Below, piece by piece: positions 51,622 through 64,000 of a DNA stretch of 64,000 nucleotides. The notes beneath the pieces are model-generated. The model saw only the letters and a program-made list of their open reading frames with translations, searched no databases and had not been told where the DNA came from. The stretch lies in assembly GCF_963921235.1 (NCBI RefSeq), contig NC_086097.1, positions 145,268,001 to 145,332,000 on the forward strand. Direction: 5' to 3'. The position numbers and the translations under genes are program-made. How positions within the stretch are numbered: position 1 is the first letter of the stretch; every line of letters starts with the position of its first letter. This DNA comes from Mobula hypostoma. Lineage: Eukaryota.

Positions 51622-52903
51622 CTGAAGCAATGAAAATATTAGTTAATAACCATTGCACTGACATGCTGAACTTGTTCTGGAAAATGCAAGGTTATAGCAA
51701 AGATGGAATGAAGGTGCTTAATCCACATCTGCCTTATTCAAGTTTGCATCGATCAGAAAATTGAGAATCCACAGCCTGCACCTCTGGAATTGACAACCCC
51801 TCTATGAAGGATCCAAAAATAGAATGAAGTCTTTACTCCAGCATTGAAACCATTGTTTACTTTCACTATCTGAGTACAATCTTAGAAAGAACTATCACCT
51901 TCTGTTACCACCATTGGTGGTATCTACAGGAGGCACTGCCTCACACCTAACATCAAAGGTCACCATGATCTGAGCCACACCAGCCTTTTGCAGCTCTCAA
52001 TGGGCAAGAGGTACAGAAGTCTCAAGTCCCACACCACCAGGTTCAAGAACGGCTTCTTCCCTTCAACCATTTGATTACTGAACCGACAGGCAAAACCCTA
52101 ATCACTACAGTTTAGCAACACTTTGCACTGAGGTGGACTTCTCTTGTATTACAATTCTGTTTTTGTTTTCGGAAAAATCCTGTATAATTTATCTTCTGTT
52201 GTGAATGATGCTTATATGATGCTGTGTGTCTGTGATACTGCTGCAATAAGTTTTTCATTGCACCAAATAATACACGTACTTGTGCATATAATGGTAAACT
52301 CAACTTAGACTTTGACCCATAGAACAGGATAACACAACGACGGGTCTTTGAGCCCACAATGCTGACGTATTAAACTAATCCTATCCCTTCTGCCTGCACA
52401 TGACCCACACCCTTCCATTATCTGCGTATTCATGTGCCTATCTAAAAGCTCAGGAACAGCACAGGTATCTGCTTGCTTCAGCGTATGCCAGCCACCTACA
52501 AATCTTTGTGTAAAAAACTTGCCCTGGACATTCCATTTAAACTCCCTCCTCTCACCTTTTAGCCAGACTCTCAGTAACCCCTGCAATTTATCATTGTTCA
52601 ACTCTTTCAGTGTTGTATTGTCTAATCAATACTCCTCTCTCTCTCTCCCTACTCCTTAGAGTGAATTGTATTTAATGGATACCTGCATATTTTTGCTCAA
52701 TACAAACACAGTTTAAATAACCATGTACAAAGAAGGTTTCATTCTACATAGCACAGATCAGTAAAGATACAATAGGTAGCTTAATTTAATTTTACTCAGA
52801 ACATATATTTTCATGGCAAACATCCCACTTCTGAGTATTTTTCCCAATCAGTATTTTACTGGTAGACTTCCTATAAAAATGTTAAACTCCAAACAACGTA
52901 TAC

Positions 52904-53106
52904 CTGCCCTGGGGTTTTCCATTGTACCAATCTCCCTCATAGATGCCTTCCTTAAATCGAGGATTGTTGACAAAAGTGTAGGCAGCAAAACGACAAGCAG
53001 GAACATTGCACGAGTTCTCAGTTCTGCTCTCACCCCACAAGGGGAAATCTAGTTTGCCGTCCAAGAACTGTCGAATGGCTTGGCTCAGCTTCCAGACCCA
53101 CAGCAT
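52904..53106 (-). CDS. ALS2CL: ALS2CL exon (end of PH-like region, first MORN)
   Basis: gcacag|...|gtatac; MLWVWKLSQAIRQFLDGKLDFPLWG...YEGDWYNGKPQG. Confidence 0.93.
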
Positions 53107-53954
53107 CTGTGCATCAAAAGAGCAAAATAAGAGAGCATAAATATTTGTGTTCATATTGCTTCTTTCATCATTTCACAAACGCTACATATTACTGCTGTAA
53201 AATCAGTAATGTTTTAAATACAAGTACAAAAGCTGCTGATTTTTTTCCTGTTTTGTTGCACTAATACTTTAATTGCCTTACTCTTTGGACAGAGCAGTTG
53301 AATCTTTGATATTACCTCAGTGGGGAGACAAAAACTCATTTTCAGGTCTGATCTTGGAGACAGCAGGCTTTGACAATGCAGCTTGTTTTCAGCCCTTTAT
53401 CAAGAAACTAACTCGGATTTTATCAACTCTGTTCCTAGAATGGGGCTTCACTCTGGAATCCTAATACAAGAGAAGCAAGGGTTCTGCTAGTGAATCGAAG
53501 ATTACCCAGGCCTATATTAGACATGTGCGTGGACAGAAAGCCTCTGCCATCATTTTTGCACCAGTTTCAATTAAACAAATGCATTATCGACACGCATAAA
53601 TGAACTGAGGGATATTTGAGCAGTCTGAAGGATATTTATAGTGAATATCGAGCAGCACTTTCAATTCAGAGGCTGCATAGGATTCAAGATGAAAATAGAT
53701 CACTTCACTAAATTGAGCAGATGAGGGCTGATCCTGATCAATCTAGAAATATCTGATCTTTCCTCAGGCTCTTTCTAATGAACATCTTGCTAGTTATTAA
53801 TTGCTCCAAATGGATATCTCTGCTCTAGTTCATCAACTCCGGTTGACAGTATGTCGTTGCCTGAAAAAAGTTCACAAGTGGCAGCGAGTACCAGAGGTTA
53901 CTCTGGTTTCGCAGGGTGAACTAAAATAAATTTTTACTTTCACTTTTTTTTATT

Positions 53955-54362
53955 GCTCATTACACCACTGGTGTTTAGGTCAGCAGTTAAGTTCCTCCAT
54001 CTCTGTATGTACTTGGCCTTCTTCTCCGTTGTGCCCCAGATCTGGTTCAGGGTCTTCATTTCTGCCTTTATGGGACAGCGCCAAGTTGTTTTTTTTGTCT
54101 CCCACAATTCCTCTGCCCTTCAGAGGTCCAGTGAACTTCTGTCTAGGTGAAGACTCAGGAATACCGTTGCACGCAAATGGAGAAGGATTCTTTATTGCTG
54201 TTTCCACAAGTTTTACCTAACCAGTCAGCGTTGTTAGTCTTGCCCAGGCATTGTCTGGCATTTACCCTTTGACCTTTTTGGCATGGGTGACCCTACCAAG
54301 AGCCAAAGCACAATGCCCTGATTCCAGCCAGCATAGCTCTCCAGGTCATTGATACACGCAAA
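53955..54362 (-). mobile_element. Probable RTE-related short element
   Basis: gggtgaccctacc...ccagccagcatagctctc motif recalled from RTE-like elements; poly-T at left end. Confidence 0.4.
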
Positions 54363-54942
54363 GAGGGTGTGGTCCTCTTGGAAGTATTTTCCTTTCAAAT
54401 TCTTTTTATTCTTCACCCCATGGTTACATTTGGTTGAGCAGGTCTATTTTTGATACCCGCTTCCCCATGTTGGACAGGTAGATTGAAATCAAAGTGTGGA
54501 TCCCTCCTTTCTGATCATACTCTAGAAAGAGTTCCATGGTTTAAAATATGTTCATAGATGAAGTTTGCAAAGCCGGCGATTATTGTCCATCCTTAATTGT
54601 ACCAGAACTAAGAACACTTGAAAATGATCTGCACTGCTTGCTCTAGAAACACACGTAGACCAAACTAACAGTAGCATAGAGCTTAGTGTATCGCTTTACA
54701 GCACCAGCAACCACCAATCAGGGTTCAATTCTCCCTGCTGTCTGGAAGGAGTTTCTAAGTTCTGCCCATGGGTTTCCTCCAGGTGCTCCAGTTTCCTCCC
54801 ACATTCCAAAATCGTATGGATAGAGTGAATGAGTTGTGGGCATACAACGTTGGTGCTGGAAATACTGCAACACTCATGAGCTCCCCAGCATAATCCTCGC
54901 TGATCTGATTTGAAACAAAAGACGCATTTTGCTGTACGCTAG

Positions 54943-55569
54943 TGTAAGGAGTTTCTTCTTTTCTGTTACTGCTAAGGCTAATAATATACCTTCTTTGTTA
55001 TGTTATAATAAAAATGGCTTTTCTGTAATAATAACTGCGATGTAAGGAGTTCTCTCTCTCTGTTTGTTTGGGTTATATTATTGATAAGAGAAGGGACGAA
55101 CCAATGAGTGTCCATGTTATTCTTTTTGTCGGTGATATTCTGTCTCATATGGCTGGGAACCGTGTGGTTTGGCGGGCTTTTGGGAGGAGACCCGAAGAGG
55201 AAGGACGTGCTGGAAGTGCTCTGGTTGACCACCGTGGTTAGTCCCGAGCAGCGAGTCGAGGGGGTCGGAGAAGATCGAATGGTGGAAAGAAGACCCCGTT
55301 AATTGAGCTCCAACTGTTGTGCACGAAGTGGTTGAACTCTGATAATTCTGGCGCCTTTTACTTTCCCTTTTATATTGTATCTAATACTAATTACATAGTT
55401 CCAGTAAGATTTATATCATGTAATCTGTAAATCGTACATTGTCTGATACTTGATGTGTGAGTTTGTACCAGGTGGCATTGCACAGCAACTTTGCAACCGT
55501 GAGACACGGTTTGGCGGGCGGACGGGGTTTCTCCTAGGTAAACACAAGTCGATAGACCTGAGCGTTACA
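54943..55569. mobile_element. Solo LTR inserted into a SINE (~54668-55625)
   Basis: TGTAA...TTACA ends; tRNA-like head with gggttcaatt B box upstream, SINE tail gtgacaaataaagc resumes downstream. Confidence 0.65.
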
Positions 55570-56550
55570 CTTCAATATTTCGATGTACAAACGTTTGTAT
55601 ATGTGACAAATAAAGCTAAAGCTAATCTTTCTTCCTGAATACTAGATGTGCTTTTATACCAACCCATCATTTTCCTGGCTCCATATACATTCTTGCACAT
55701 CTTTAAATTAATTCTGCTAGATTCAAATGTTCCAAAAAAATCAATTTTGAATGTCGTTAGGAATACCAAGCAAAGAGAAAATCTGACTGTCATTCATCTA
55801 CAAAGTATCTTCATGTTTTTCACAGCTGAAGGATAACTTGAGCTGTGGTCAATGTTTATAGGGATCCTATTAAAGCAACAGGAGATAAGTAAGTAGTTAT
55901 CTGTTCTTGATTTGGAAAGAAGCAGTAGCCAGGTATTTTTAGAGCACCCACTAAACTAGCAAAGAGATTAGGTTGACATTTGACATAAAGTACCCCTGAG
56001 GAACATCTGAATAAATGTGTTAGTGTTTATCACAGAGTCAAATTCCTGAACAGAGCACGAACCTTTAGGCCTGTTTCGGATTCATTGCCTGAACTGAAAA
56101 GCTCTGTGGATTAGGGTGTGGAATTGTTATTTTTCTTTCATTTTCCTTGTAGCTGAACTTTTGTACGCTTGCTAGTAATCTTCATATGATCACCTGTAAG
56201 TGTGTGATCGTTCAGTGAATTTCCAGTAAGTAAGGTGTAGTTGATTCTGTATTTTTCTATGTTTCTCTGCAATCTATGTCACACCACTGAACCTGCCTAT
56301 TACATAGGCTATTTCTTATCACTAAAATAAGTTGACATCTCTTCAGTCTGATTTAGTTTTTAGTATAGGATGACCACGACTTCTTGTTGCTTTGTCTTTC
56401 TTTGCTCTTGTAACACTTAATAAACAGCTGTGATCATCAAAGTTTTGTGCCTCATTCTTGATTTCTGAAGAACCTTTGGATCACAAAATCATCAGATCCA
56501 ACAACTCTCATAACTTCCTGATATGATTCAGGATATAAGTCTATTCTTAC

Positions 56551-56617
56551 CATACTCTTGGAATCCTGCATGTTGAATACAAATTCTTCCTCTGGAACAA
56601 TGATCTTCAAAAGATTC
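56551..56617 (-). CDS. ALS2CL: ALS2CL exon (PH-like)
   Basis: ttccag|...|gtaaga; NLLKIIVPEEEFVFNMQDSKSM. Confidence 0.9.
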
Positions 56618-57019
56618 CTGGAAAAAATAGAAATACATTTTATTTCTAGAGATACTTACTCTCAATCAGCAAAGTAGCTGTCACCAGACAGCCATTGTGA
56701 TCGGCATACAATTCCTCTGCAGTTTTCTGTTTTTTTAAATGACCTTGCGCTGTGTTTGCCCCCTCTCTACACACAACAGTATCCCCTCTCGAATATGTTC
56801 AGGGAAGACAGTGGGAGGTGTAGGGTGTGAGGTGGAGTGGTGCAACATAAACTCTGTTCAAGGGATAACTGAAGAAAGTACTGTTATTCCAAGCAAACTT
56901 ATCATCAGTTTCTGGAGCCTGCTTCCCTCTGCTCTGTCAGCCAGAAAGTCAATCAGTAAAGATAGGCAGCAGCACCTACACCACAATTATTCTAAACGCT
57001 CATGCTCCACAAGGTTGCA

Positions 57020-57690
57020 TCCTTAGTACCCTACCCTACTCACTGTACACTCATGGCCAGATTCTGCTCAAACTCCAGCTACAAGTTTGCAGATGATACC
57101 ACTACCGTGGGCCTCACCTCAGCAATTAATAGGAGTACAAGAAGGAGACAGAGAGCTTAGTGACGTGGTGTCATGTCAACACCCTTTCCCTTGATGTCAA
57201 CGAATTAAGAAGCTGGTCATTGACCTCAGAGAGGGAAGTGGTGCACATGCTCCTGCCTAGATCAACAGTGTTAAGTTTCAGTGTTGACAACTTCAAGCTC
57301 CTAGTGTGAACTTCACCAATAGTCTGCCCTGGTGCAACCCTGTTGATGTCACAGGCAAGGAAGCTCACCAATGCCTTCCTCAGGAAACTAAAGAAATTTA
57401 GCCTGTCCCCCTCAACTCTTACCAATGTTTATCAATGGACCGTAGAAAGCATTCTGTCTGGCTACATTGCAGCTTGGTATGGCAACTGCTCTGCACGCGA
57501 CTGCAAGAAATTGCAGAGCTGTAGACTCAGATCAGCACATCACAGGAACCAGTCTCCCCTCAATGGACTCTGTCTATACTTCTCACTGCCTCAGTACAGC
57601 AGCCAGCATAGTCACCCACCCAACACAATCCCTCCTCTTCCCTCTCCCATCGGGCAGAAGATGCAAAACTCTGATTCAGGCTCAAGGACA
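57020..57690 (+). mobile_element. Rex1-like LINE fragment
   Basis: KFADDTT remnant; FLRKLKKFSLSPSTLTNVYQWTVESILSGYIAAWYGNCS. Confidence 0.78.
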
Positions 57691-57916
57691 GTGCATGTAA
57701 TTGAGTCTGCCATGACCAATTGTCCACACAATTATCCATAAAGCCTGCATATGCAAGGCCCATAAATATATGGGAAGGAATACTGTACATGTCAATAATG
57801 CTGCAGCACACCAGCACGGATGCCGCCTGTAAATTGCCCCTGCTGACCTCACATTCCTTCCCTGTGCATGCTTTGAGCTGATTCCATTTACAATCTGCTT
57901 ATCCCTGCCTGCTCAC

Positions 57917-57987
57917 CTTTCAGAGGTAGTGTCAGCCAGTCTTTCCATCCAGACTGTGTTGAGCTTGTAGCTGCTGGCTTCTGAGCC
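57917..57987 (-). CDS. ALS2CL: ALS2CL exon (PH-like)
   Basis: ttgctag|...|gtgagc; GSEASSYKLNTVWMERLADTTSE; phase 0/2 fits both neighbours. Confidence 0.82.
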
Positions 57988-58224
57988 CTAGCAAGAGAGA
58001 AGAGAGTCATCGGAAAACAAATCTATAAACCACAGGTAGCTGAGAAACTACCAGAGCACGTCAAAGTCAGTGCCCATGTACCAAGAGAGAGTCATCAACT
58101 GGGCAGCTCTCCTGGGCCAATCTTGCCTCAGTTGATCTACTGCTGAAGCTCCTGTCTGCTCTTGAGAGAACCCATGCCCAGCTGTACTCCCATTTCCCAA
58201 CACCCATAAGTGTAAGGTCATCAA

Positions 58225-59990
58225 GTTCAAGTCCTGCTTATTGTCATTCAACTATGCACATGTACATCACCAAACGAAACAATACTCCTCCGGACCAAGA
58301 TACACAACTCAGTACATATAACTAACAAACATACGCATACGAAGTAATATAACCATGAGTAAATCAACAAATAAAAGATGCACTTACTACACAAGTTAAA
58401 AAGTAAACTGAATAACTCCTGGTGTTTTCATATGCAATGAGACCTGGGTGGTGGCAGAGAGTTCAGTAGTCTTACAACCTGGGGGACGAAGTTGTTTCCC
58501 ATCCCAGCAGCTGTCGCCCTAATGCTACAATACCCCCTGCCTGACGGTAGGGAGTCAAAGAGATTGTTGGATGAATAGAGGGGATCATTGACAATACTGA
58601 GGGTGCTGCACATGCAGCGCTCCTAATAAATATCTCTGATAGGTGGAAGAGAGACCCCAGTGACCATCTCAGTGGTCTTCACAATCCTTTGTAGGGACTT
58701 GTGGTCAGATGCCTTGCAACTCCCATACCAGAAGGTGACGCAGCTTGTCAGGGCACTCTCAAGGGTGCTCTTGTAAAAGTTGATTAGAATGGGAGCGTGG
58801 GTTGTAGGAGCAACCTCAGTCTCCTCAGGAAGTGCTGTGTTTTCTTAACCAAAGAGGTGGTGTTGAGGGACTTAACACCTGAGATTGTCTGCTAAGTGCA
58901 CTCCCAGAAATTTGGACTCTCTGCATGGAGGAGCCATGTACGTGCAGTGAGGAGTTGTCAGTTTGCACCTAAAGTCCACAATCATTTTATCCACGTTGAG
59001 ACTCATGTTGTTGTGCCTGCACCATTCTACCAGCTGCTCTGCTTTCTCTCTCTATGCCGCCTCATCATCGCTTTGAAGCCTAAAGGTACAGTGGACTGTT
59101 CCAGAGAGATGTTGAAGATGTCTGTAAGAACTTCAGTTAACTGGGCTGCACGGTCCCTCAGCACGTGACCAGGTACATTATCAGGCCCCACAAATTTACA
59201 TGTGCTGACCCTGGCTGGGGTCTTCCTCATATCCACTGTAACCAGACAGAGTGCATGTTCCTTGAGGGGAGGGGGGAGCAGGGTCTTTCTCACTGGCACA
59301 TTGCTCCATGTATCAAGCTGAGTGCAAAATACAATCACCCTATTAGAAAGAGAAGCATCACTATGGTTGATGTGCAGTGTGGACTCGTAGTCCATGATGG
59401 ACTGAAAGCCCTGCCATGTGCGCCTCATGTCTCTGGCGTCACAGAAATGGCAGTACATTGATGACCTGAGAGCTGTCTTATTCCCCGATCTGAAGGCAGC
59501 AACCCGATCTCTCAGCCACGTCCAGACCTCTGCTATCAGCCATGGCTTCTGATTTACCCTCACCCAGATATGTTTAATAATGGTGACGTCCTCAGTGCAC
59601 CTCTCATAGCTAGTCACAGACCTCACATATTCATCGATGACCTCCTAGCACTTGCCCCAGTCCGTGTTTTCAAAACTGTCCCATAATGCGGAGGATACTC
59701 CTTCTGTCCCAGTCTTTATCTCCCTTTGAACTGTTTTAACTCATTTAATCAGTGCAGGAATTAACATAACAGAAAGTGGTCAGAGAAACCAAGGTGAGGT
59801 CAAGGAGCACTCTTATATGCAGCAGGGATGTTGGTATAAACCTGGTCTAATGTATTTTTACCTCTGGCAGCAAAATCATCATCAGGCAGAACTATTTTTA
59901 AGTCATCTTGGTTGAAGTTGCTAGCACCAATAAAGAAATGTCGCTAATGGCAGCACAGTGCCCTCTCAGCACTTCCCCTGGGGCAGACAG
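58225..59990 (-). mobile_element. Rex1-like LINE, internally deleted
   Basis: GPDNVPGHVLRDRAAQLTEVLTDIFNISLEQSTVP (59027-59626); 3' region NNFVPQVVRLLN (58428-58613). Confidence 0.8.
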
Positions 59991-61236
59991 AGGTGGGTGT
60001 GGACAGCCACAATCACAATAGCAGTTATTAAATAGAAGGGCCTGCAGTTCACCCTACCAAAGGCAAACAGTGGGTCATCACTATTGAAGGTGATCAAAAA
60101 ATCAGCTTCTGATGTTTTAGCTTGCACTTTTCCAATCCTTATGACCCTTTAGTTCTTGACTCAGCCAGTTATTTGAACAATGAAATGCTCGTCCATTTCA
60201 AATCCTTGCATTACACCTTCCCTTCCTTTCATTAATCTCCTCCAGAATAACAACATGACAAGATACGTCTGCTCTTCCAATTCTGATCATTTGGGATCTC
60301 CATTTTTAAACAGAAGGAAGGACTCCAATCATTGGTATTTACCACCAAAATTCTTCTCTTTGAAAACTGCCTTCTAAATGTTTTCTTCCCACAAAGCTTT
60401 TGTTGAAGTGAATATTTTCTGATGTGCCACAGTGTCAAATTGCTTGATGCTGCTGCTGAAGCAGTAAGAGGCATGCTATTAAACAAAAGGTGCTTGGTAA
60501 ACTCAAGGGCTTAGAATTGCTATCATGGGTCTCAATCTTATGTGCACCACACAACAGTATTGTAATGGAAAATTGATTGGTGAAAGCTTAAATATTAGCT
60601 AGTTTGCAAAATTGTTTCTGGGTTTTCATTACATGATATCAACTTTCATCCATACACTCCATTCCCTACATGATGAACTTAGTCCCTGACTGTATCACAG
60701 ACTGAACTAAATATTCTTAATGAAGCTTAAGAATATTTAATGAAGCTTAAGAAGCTTAAGAAGCTTCTTCTGAGCTGAGCTTTCAACCACACTCCTTTTC
60801 AAGGACTGTTATACACTTTTAACTCTATGATACTGTCCATATTTTCCTGTCTCTGTTCTTGTGTTGCTGAATGACTAAAGCATGATTTTGAAACCTCCAG
60901 GATCTGCAGTCACAATGCTCTTCAGTATGAAACTATCTTCTAAACTCATTAAACTTCTGCTCACCCAAAGTCTGTAGACAATTTCCATTATCTTGTACTT
61001 ATTACTATGTCCTGGCCCATGAATGCCACAAATTTTGAAGTTGTCTGTTATTTTCAAACCTCCTTCACTCATTCCAGACTCCAGGAACAATGTTGTTCCT
61101 GGCCTTCCTCATGCATCCAATTTCTAATAAATATTTGAAACTTTGTGTTAACTTGCAGCCTACAATACACTTAGGTATTCAATGCTCCTTGTGCATGCGA
61201 GTCAAAGATTCATTTACTGAATGCAGAGATCTTTAC

Positions 61237-61347
61237 CTGAATAACCACAAGACTGTCATCAAAAAGCAAGAGCCTGACTTCGCAACCTGATGCTGGGATG
61301 TCGTTGCTATCTTCCCGCAACCGGCGTTCTGGGCGAAATAAGAGGTC
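61237..61347 (-). CDS. ALS2CL: ALS2CL exon (PH-like); more 5' exons not identified in the window
   Basis: ttttag|...|gtaaag; DLLFRPERRLREDSNDIPASGCEVRLLLFDDSLVVIQ; the 20 exons total 2214 nt = 738 codons in one frame. Confidence 0.92.
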
Positions 61348-61489
61348 CTAAAAAGAGAAGAGTTAGGCTTAAAACAGCAATAGTAATACAGTTATAGAGA
61401 TGCAAAAGAAGATCATGTGGGTCATGCTGGTTTCCAGGGATGTGTTTCCACTCTCCTGAGATTATTTTCTCTCACAAATTTCCATCATC

Positions 61490-61845
61490 ATTGAGGTTTA
61501 GTAGAATAAAGAGGAATTGCATTGAAACCAACTGAATATCAAAAGGCCTAGATAGAGTGGACACACAGAGAAAGTTCCCAACGGTGGGAAAGATTAGCAC
61601 CAAAGGGCACAACCTCAGAATAGAAGGACATTCCTTTAGAACAGAAATGAGGAACTTCTTTAGCAGAAGGGTGGTAATTCTCTGGAATTCATTGCCACAG
61701 AAGACTGTAGAGACAAGTCATTGGGTATATTTGAAGCCAAGGTTGACACACTTAATGATCAAGAACCCAAAGGTAATGGGGAGAAGGCAGGAGAATGGGG
61801 TTGAGAGGGAAAATAAACCTGCCCTGATCAAATAGCAGAACAAAC
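61490..61845 (+). mobile_element. CR1 LINE 3' fragment
   Basis: TKGHNLRIEGHSFRTEMRNFFSRRVVILWNSLP. Confidence 0.8.
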
Positions 61846-62652
61846 TTGTTGGCCAGAAAGAACTACAATCTACAGATCAGTGAATTCAGATGAATCAAGA
61901 ACAGTGGAAGCAGATAGGCCAATTGCCTTTGTTTTTGCCATGGAGAAGGAAATGGAGGCTGCCATTTTATGAAGAGACTCTGTGTCTTCCATTTTGTGAG
62001 ATGAAATTGCTTGGCTTGATCTGTGTTTTAAAGTAGACACAATAATACCTTGGGTAATCTGCTGGACTAGGGATAACTTCCAAATAATGTTATTTATGAG
62101 GTGTTCTTTGGTTGGACATTACATGCAGGTTTGAGAGTGTTGGGGTCTGTGCTTGTCCTGCATGATTCAAGCTGGTTACTGAAGAGAACAAAGAGCCACA
62201 AATGACAGCACAATAAATGGATGCTGGCTAGGAGCAGAGCCATTAAAAAGCTGTTAAATGTCAGATACATGACCAATAGTCAGTGACACGAATGAAATAT
62301 TTGAATTGGTGAGAAATGAGTATAAAAGCGGAGGTGTTCATGTACAAGACAGGGATGACTCTGCCAGAGATTCACCATTGTGGATGGGAGGTGGCACGGT
62401 TACACAAGGAACACAAGGCCAACTGCAGAAACTGGTAATAATCCGTGAGCCGGTAGGGTTGGTCGGTACCATCTGAGGGGAATAATGCTCATTGTGATTT
62501 TTGGTAAGGTATACATCTCTAGAGTTAGAAAATATGTGATAGCATTGCACCAGTGGTAGTTTTATGTGTGCTATCATGCATTTTATAACACTATCCTAAC
62601 ATAAGCATTTCTGAAAAGTGGCCAATATAAAGTACAGCATATATATTCAACC

Positions 62653-64000
62653 TAGTGGCATTTTGTCATCAGTGATCCCGCAGCATTGAAATTTGTCACA
62701 ATGATAGCTGAGTTCAAGCACTTTTCATCAAATGTTGTTATAAAATTCTACATTGAAAACTATGTCATTGGTGGCACTCACAGTACAGTGCCCAATTTCA
62801 GTGTAGAGTGAATCATCTCATTTTTAGAAAAAATATCTGTCTGTTGTTTATTTTGAAAAAGGCAATAAAAACCCTAGGAGACATATAATCACATGGATTT
62901 GTAGAGAATTTATTCAGAAATTCAAATATGTAATCACTTTTTGTATATATTCCATATTAACATCAGTACAGCAGAAAACGTTACCACCCCCCCCCACCCC
63001 AAAGGTAAAAAAAAACCTCAATTGAAGAGATTTCTGGAGTTTTATCAATGTCATATTTTCCATATTGTTGTATCAAATCAAAACAACCTTAAGCTTTTGT
63101 CATAGCATATATAATTCAAATGTGGGGTTCCAGACAGCCGTAACCTAGGCCCCATTTGTTGTAAGATGAATATATTTAATCAAAGACTGCTTTCCATACT
63201 TTGTTTTCCATACTTTCATAACTTATTAATGATCATAATAATTTTCCAAGTCTTCCACATCTTCATCTGAACTTTCCATACTCTCTGAGGTGGATGCCTG
63301 GTTCTCAGTCTGCCAGTCTACACATGTCAGTACACCTGAGGCCATTTGCAACACACATACATCTTGGGAGTGAACATTTTTTTGGACAGTTACAGGCCAG
63401 TAGATCCAGGACGGCATCGGGTGCTGGCTGGCCTTCCATCCAGTGCACCACCAACTGTTCAGCTTCCTCTTCTCTCTCCATCTTCCATCCTCTGCCAACA
63501 GGGCTTGCACTTGTGGATCCTTCTCCAAACATCTTCTCCACATACCAGCCTGGTGGTTGGCTTGCTGTGCATGTTTTATTAAGCAGTTCTTGTGTGGTGG
63601 GAGTTGACGACTTTCAATTTCACCTTTTTTGGCACAGAAAAAGTGATACCTGAGCTCATTGACCTTGGTGGTCGATGCTTTTGGGGCATACAGCAGATAT
63701 GTAAATGCCTCCAGTTTGTCCATCAGTTCTGGGGAGAGGTCTTATTCCTGACCCAACTCTAAGAGTGTGTCCCGAGTTTCCCTGTTGCTGGTCAGAAGTT
63801 TTAGGGCACTTGTCTTCCCTCTGCCTGCAAAAGCGCTTACAGTGTCACATCCTGTATATGTGTGCAATCCGATGAGAGCCCTACAAACCTCTATGCCAAC
63901 AGTGGCAGCAACCTTCCTGGTGTCTACACGCCTTGTACGGGTTCTAGTGCCACACTTCTGGAACAATGGGGCCTCAATCTTGTCACAAAATGCTAAAGAC
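62653..64000 (-). mobile_element. Probable Academ (AcademX) DNA transposon, 3' part; frameshifted; runs off the window
   Basis: XPG/FEN1-like H3TH motif LHTYTGCDTVSAFAGRGKTSALKLL (63742-63966); VNELRY...QLPP...HAQQANHQAGMW; Cys-rich CNCPKKCSLPRCMCVANGLRCTDMC; candidate terminus TAGTGGCA at 62653 (unconfirmed). Confidence 0.68.

Noticed and set aside
56105..56503. Possible solo LTR (tgtggat...atccaaca, AATAAA near 56419)
   Set aside because: No TSD or second copy in the window; support too weak
60875..61090. Candidate ALS2CL exon with a gtgag donor near 60964
   Set aside because: No similarity to the expected peptide; exon 57917-57987 fills the gap with the correct phase
11383..61347. Calling the minus-strand gene ALS2 (alsin)
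   Set aside because: Peptides such as FDCYKCHW, LWPLxDLxLTxNQ and HLGAExHLIRDMMDP fit recalled ALS2CL better; the N-terminus is outside the window

Overview
Eukaryotic (vertebrate) genomic DNA; the repeat content suggests a cartilaginous fish such as a ray (inference). Two spliced genes converge tail-to-tail: the last 4 coding exons of JMJD4 (+ strand, 2312-8091) and the last 20 coding exons of ALS2CL (- strand, 61347-11383; PH-like region, MORN repeats, VPS9 domain). Both were rebuilt by hand with GT-AG sites and consistent phases. The introns are full of mobile DNA: a decayed Mag-like Gypsy LTR retrotransposon with nested insertions, solo LTRs, L1/Tx1, CR1 and Rex1-like LINE fragments, SINEs, a hAT/Charlie derivative and a probable Academ (XPG + Cys-rich) DNA transposon. 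The most striking structure is a family of Penelope-like (GIY-YIG) insertions. Five young copies are all fold-back palindromes (0.2-2 kb) with 12-15 bp target duplications, a minimal hammerhead ribozyme motif in the arms and a ~33-47 nt 3' tail on one arm only. Names come from recalled motif similarity, not database searches.
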